Shown here piece by piece: positions 61,156 to 64,000 of a stretch of 64,000 nucleotides of DNA (positions are counted from its first letter, which is position 1; every line of letters starts with the position of its first letter). Made by a program: the position numbers and the translations under genes. The DNA comes from Lytechinus pictus (lineage: Eukaryota): positions 10,170,001 to 10,234,000 of the forward strand of contig NC_087250.1 of the NCBI RefSeq assembly GCF_037042905.1, written 5' to 3'. The notes beneath the pieces were generated by a model. That model saw nothing but the letters and a program-made list of their open reading frames with translations, ran no database searches and was not told where the DNA came from.

Positions 61156-62632
61156 AAGTTTTATGTTGTTTACCTCTTCTCTCAATTCCCTCTTGTTCAT
61201 AATCACCTACAAGTACATGTACAACAATCCAGACTAAAGAAATATTTCCTTTACATTACTGATCAATGATTAAAAAAATGGTCTGCATTCAAGACTAGCA
61301 TTGTGTCAACCACAATATTGGCATTACCAGACTACTCAATCTCTGTAATATTTGCCCTTTTGCCTTTCACGCTGAAGTGTGTTGGAGATTATTTCAAAAA
61401 CTAAAGCATTCATCATGTACATTGTAGGTCTAATATACACATCTGTGTGTAAAGGGCAAGTTTTTAATTTAATTAAAGAAATGCTAGATCATATAATAAT
61501 ATACCAGGCTAGATGTATGTAGCTCCAGTTAGGTCATTTGTTGAAGGTGGATGCGACAGCATTCTATGCAAAATTAAATTGGAATTAAAGAGCACACTTT
61601 GATTTGAAATAGTTCTTGCCTACATGAACATAGCCACACATCTACTTTTGCGCATGTATCAATGTTAATATACAGAGAGAAAGGAAATCAAAGCATACAA
61701 ACTTGTTTAAAATCATTTAAACAAATTTTCAATATCGAATTGAGAATAACAAAATACCCAATAATTCTTGTTACTCTCAATTTTTTTAAGAGATTTTTTT
61801 TCATTTTTTTTTATAGGGGGGGGGATAGTCCTCATCAAGGGGTGTCGCACTATCACTACAGTGGAGCAGGGATAGACCTCCTCGCCCTCCTGACTTTTCG
61901 AACAGAGAGAGACCACACAAGATTAGAACAGAGAAAAGAAAAGAAGGAGAGAAGAATGATATAAAGGTCTGTATTAAAACAGTATATTATTCAATTTCTG
62001 AATTGAGGGGGAAATGTCACCTTTATCACATACATTGGTATATAAATGTGATGTAATCTAATCTACACCCCCCCCCCCCCCCACCTCACAAATAAATTAT
62101 GAAAATACTCTGGTCAGTCTGATGCTGCACTTGGCCACACCCTAAATTTATTGGAAACATAACCAATGCCCACACACTCTTTAGACTCCCGAGTTGATCT
62201 TTTGCTTCGAAAGTGCTACTGGTATTTCCTGTACATGTAATCGAAACCTGTCAGAGAAGTGTGTCAGAAAACTGATTTCCTGCCAGCTTTTTACCACAAA
62301 AGAAGGCTTGGATAGCTCGCTGAAGAAAACCCTGGAAATGTTTGCAAATATGTGCAAAAACATCCTGATAGAATTCATTTCATTATGATCGCATTACAAA
62401 CATTATTGAAATTATGGTATGGAAATTCGAAATAACAGGATATTGAATGTATATCCTGAAGGCCCAACACGTAAATGGCTGAAGACATGCATCCCTCTTC
62501 CGGAAATTAGTAATATCAAGGAGATAAAATTTCTATTTTGTTGTCAAGGGGAAAGAAAAGTGATATAGGATTTATTTACGCCATAACCTCAGGACTGCAA
62601 TACATAATGCCCTCCTCGGTAGAAAATCTACA

Positions 62633-63061
62633 CATGTACCACCCCAAAACCACCAATAAGTCGCCAGGTAAGGTTCTCTGTAAATACACATAGCCACAAT
62701 AGTAATTTAGTCTCCAAAACCCCAAATTTCAAAAAAGCTTACTGTATCTGAAAGAGCATAATTTCTTCTTCTTTATTCTTCGAAAATTTGAAGTCGTGAA
62801 GTTGAATAAAAGAAAAGATACAAGAGTTTCTTGGACACAACTTTTTCAGACTGCTTGGAAGTTTCACTGAGATTTTTTTTTAGCTCTTGCTGAATTTCCT
62901 CTGCATTCAATCAAGTACAGTACTTGTAATGGATATTGTTGGTCAATTTTAACATATTATATATCATTTTAAAGCTTAGGAAGTGAATTTTCAAGCTCAA
63001 TAAAGATCTCAGGATTCATTTTGTTTGACTTATTGTTGGTTTTGGGGAGGCAGGTCACATA
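62633..63061. mobile_element. MITE, same family as 2540-3004
   Basis: Shared TIRs and internal sequence. Confidence 0.8.
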
Positions 63062-64000
63062 TACATGTATAAAATGAAAAAGAAAGGGAGAAAGGATAGA
63101 GTGGGAGAGAGGGAAACAGGATACGATTTTGATCAAGTGTGTTGTAAATTTATACAGAAAGTGATTCATTAATTTCATTCATCTATTAATATAAATAGCA
63201 TCCATAAACATATTGATGCAATTATAATTTGAAACAAGGATGTGTAATTATCATGGATTATTTTTATTTATAAGAATGATGTTTCAAGTGCGAGTGTACA
63301 TTCATGTATATGTATACCAACAGGGGGGAAGTCAATAAGTGTAACAAATGGACAAAAGAAATGTTGCCAAATTGAAGAATAGGTTAATACAAAATGAAGG
63401 GCTTTAAGAATTCATTTATTGTCTTAAAAAGATTTTACAATGTACAGTGTACAGTAGCGTATAGCTTCATATCTTTGACAAGATAAACATTCAGTGACTA
63501 ACTGTTCTTTTCTTCTGTACAATGATCTATGGAATGCTTCCTGATATAAAAATCATTTGAGAAGAAAGTGTAGCAATGGACTAAAAGATTGTACATACAA
63601 AGCTACATGTACATGTATGGCCTGATCTAATATCTTAGTCACACTGATCCACTCTTCTCTTCTTAGTCATAATACATAGATCTATGGAATGCTTCATGTG
63701 CAGGGATAGATTCTTCCTCTCGATATAAAAAGCATTTGAAAAGAAAGCTTTAATAGCAACCAGACTAAAAGAAATGTGCCACCTGGGGCTTTAAGAATTC
63801 ATTTATGTACAGTGTATAGTAGTGTTACCTAAAATTACCTAAAATTAAAAGAATGGACAGTTTACTGTCAGTGTGTACATGTACATTATTGTATAATACT
63901 GTAATAATAAACATTATTTGTATAGCGCTTATCACAAAACATGTCTCTAAAGCGCTTAGCAAAAATAATAGAGAGAAGGAATTTCAGCAAAAAACTAAAA

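Noticed and set aside
60364..61269. Poly-L/F, poly-K/R and poly-P ORFs
   Set aside because: Translations of a trinucleotide microsatellite.
44707..64000. Vinculin exon 1 or another protein-coding gene in the right 19 kb
   Set aside because: No MPVFHT-like exon or credible spliced ORF was found; the region is MITE- and microsatellite-rich intron 1.

Overview
AT-rich, repeat-dense animal DNA. The repeat families and gene structure suggest an invertebrate deuterostome, probably a sea urchin (inference). The window is occupied by one large vinculin gene on the minus strand. I traced 16 core exons (2-17) with canonical AG/GT boundaries and consistent phases, from head exon 2 (44599-44706) to the Vt tail, plus two alternative versions of exon 18. 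Exon 1 (MPVFHT-like) lies beyond 64000 and the last tail exons lie before position 1. The main interest is the splicing architecture. (i) Two same-length (124 nt, phase 2-0) paralogous exons encode the tail helix-3 region and must be mutually exclusive. (ii) The 20-kb interval between exons 14 and 15 hides seven phase-0/0 Pro/Ser/His-rich exons (319 codons). These start with a paralog of exon 15, end in an exon carrying a paxillin LD-like motif, and are interleaved with candidate stop-containing exons that could give tail-less vinculin. (iii) Splice-site-bearing exon ends are tandemly duplicated at four separate exons. The introns carry an intact 5'-truncated L2/CR1-type LINE, tRNA-derived SINEs, many MITEs, a Helentron-like tandem-repeat element and long low-complexity tracts. 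All of this is from manual reading; no alignments or searches were run.
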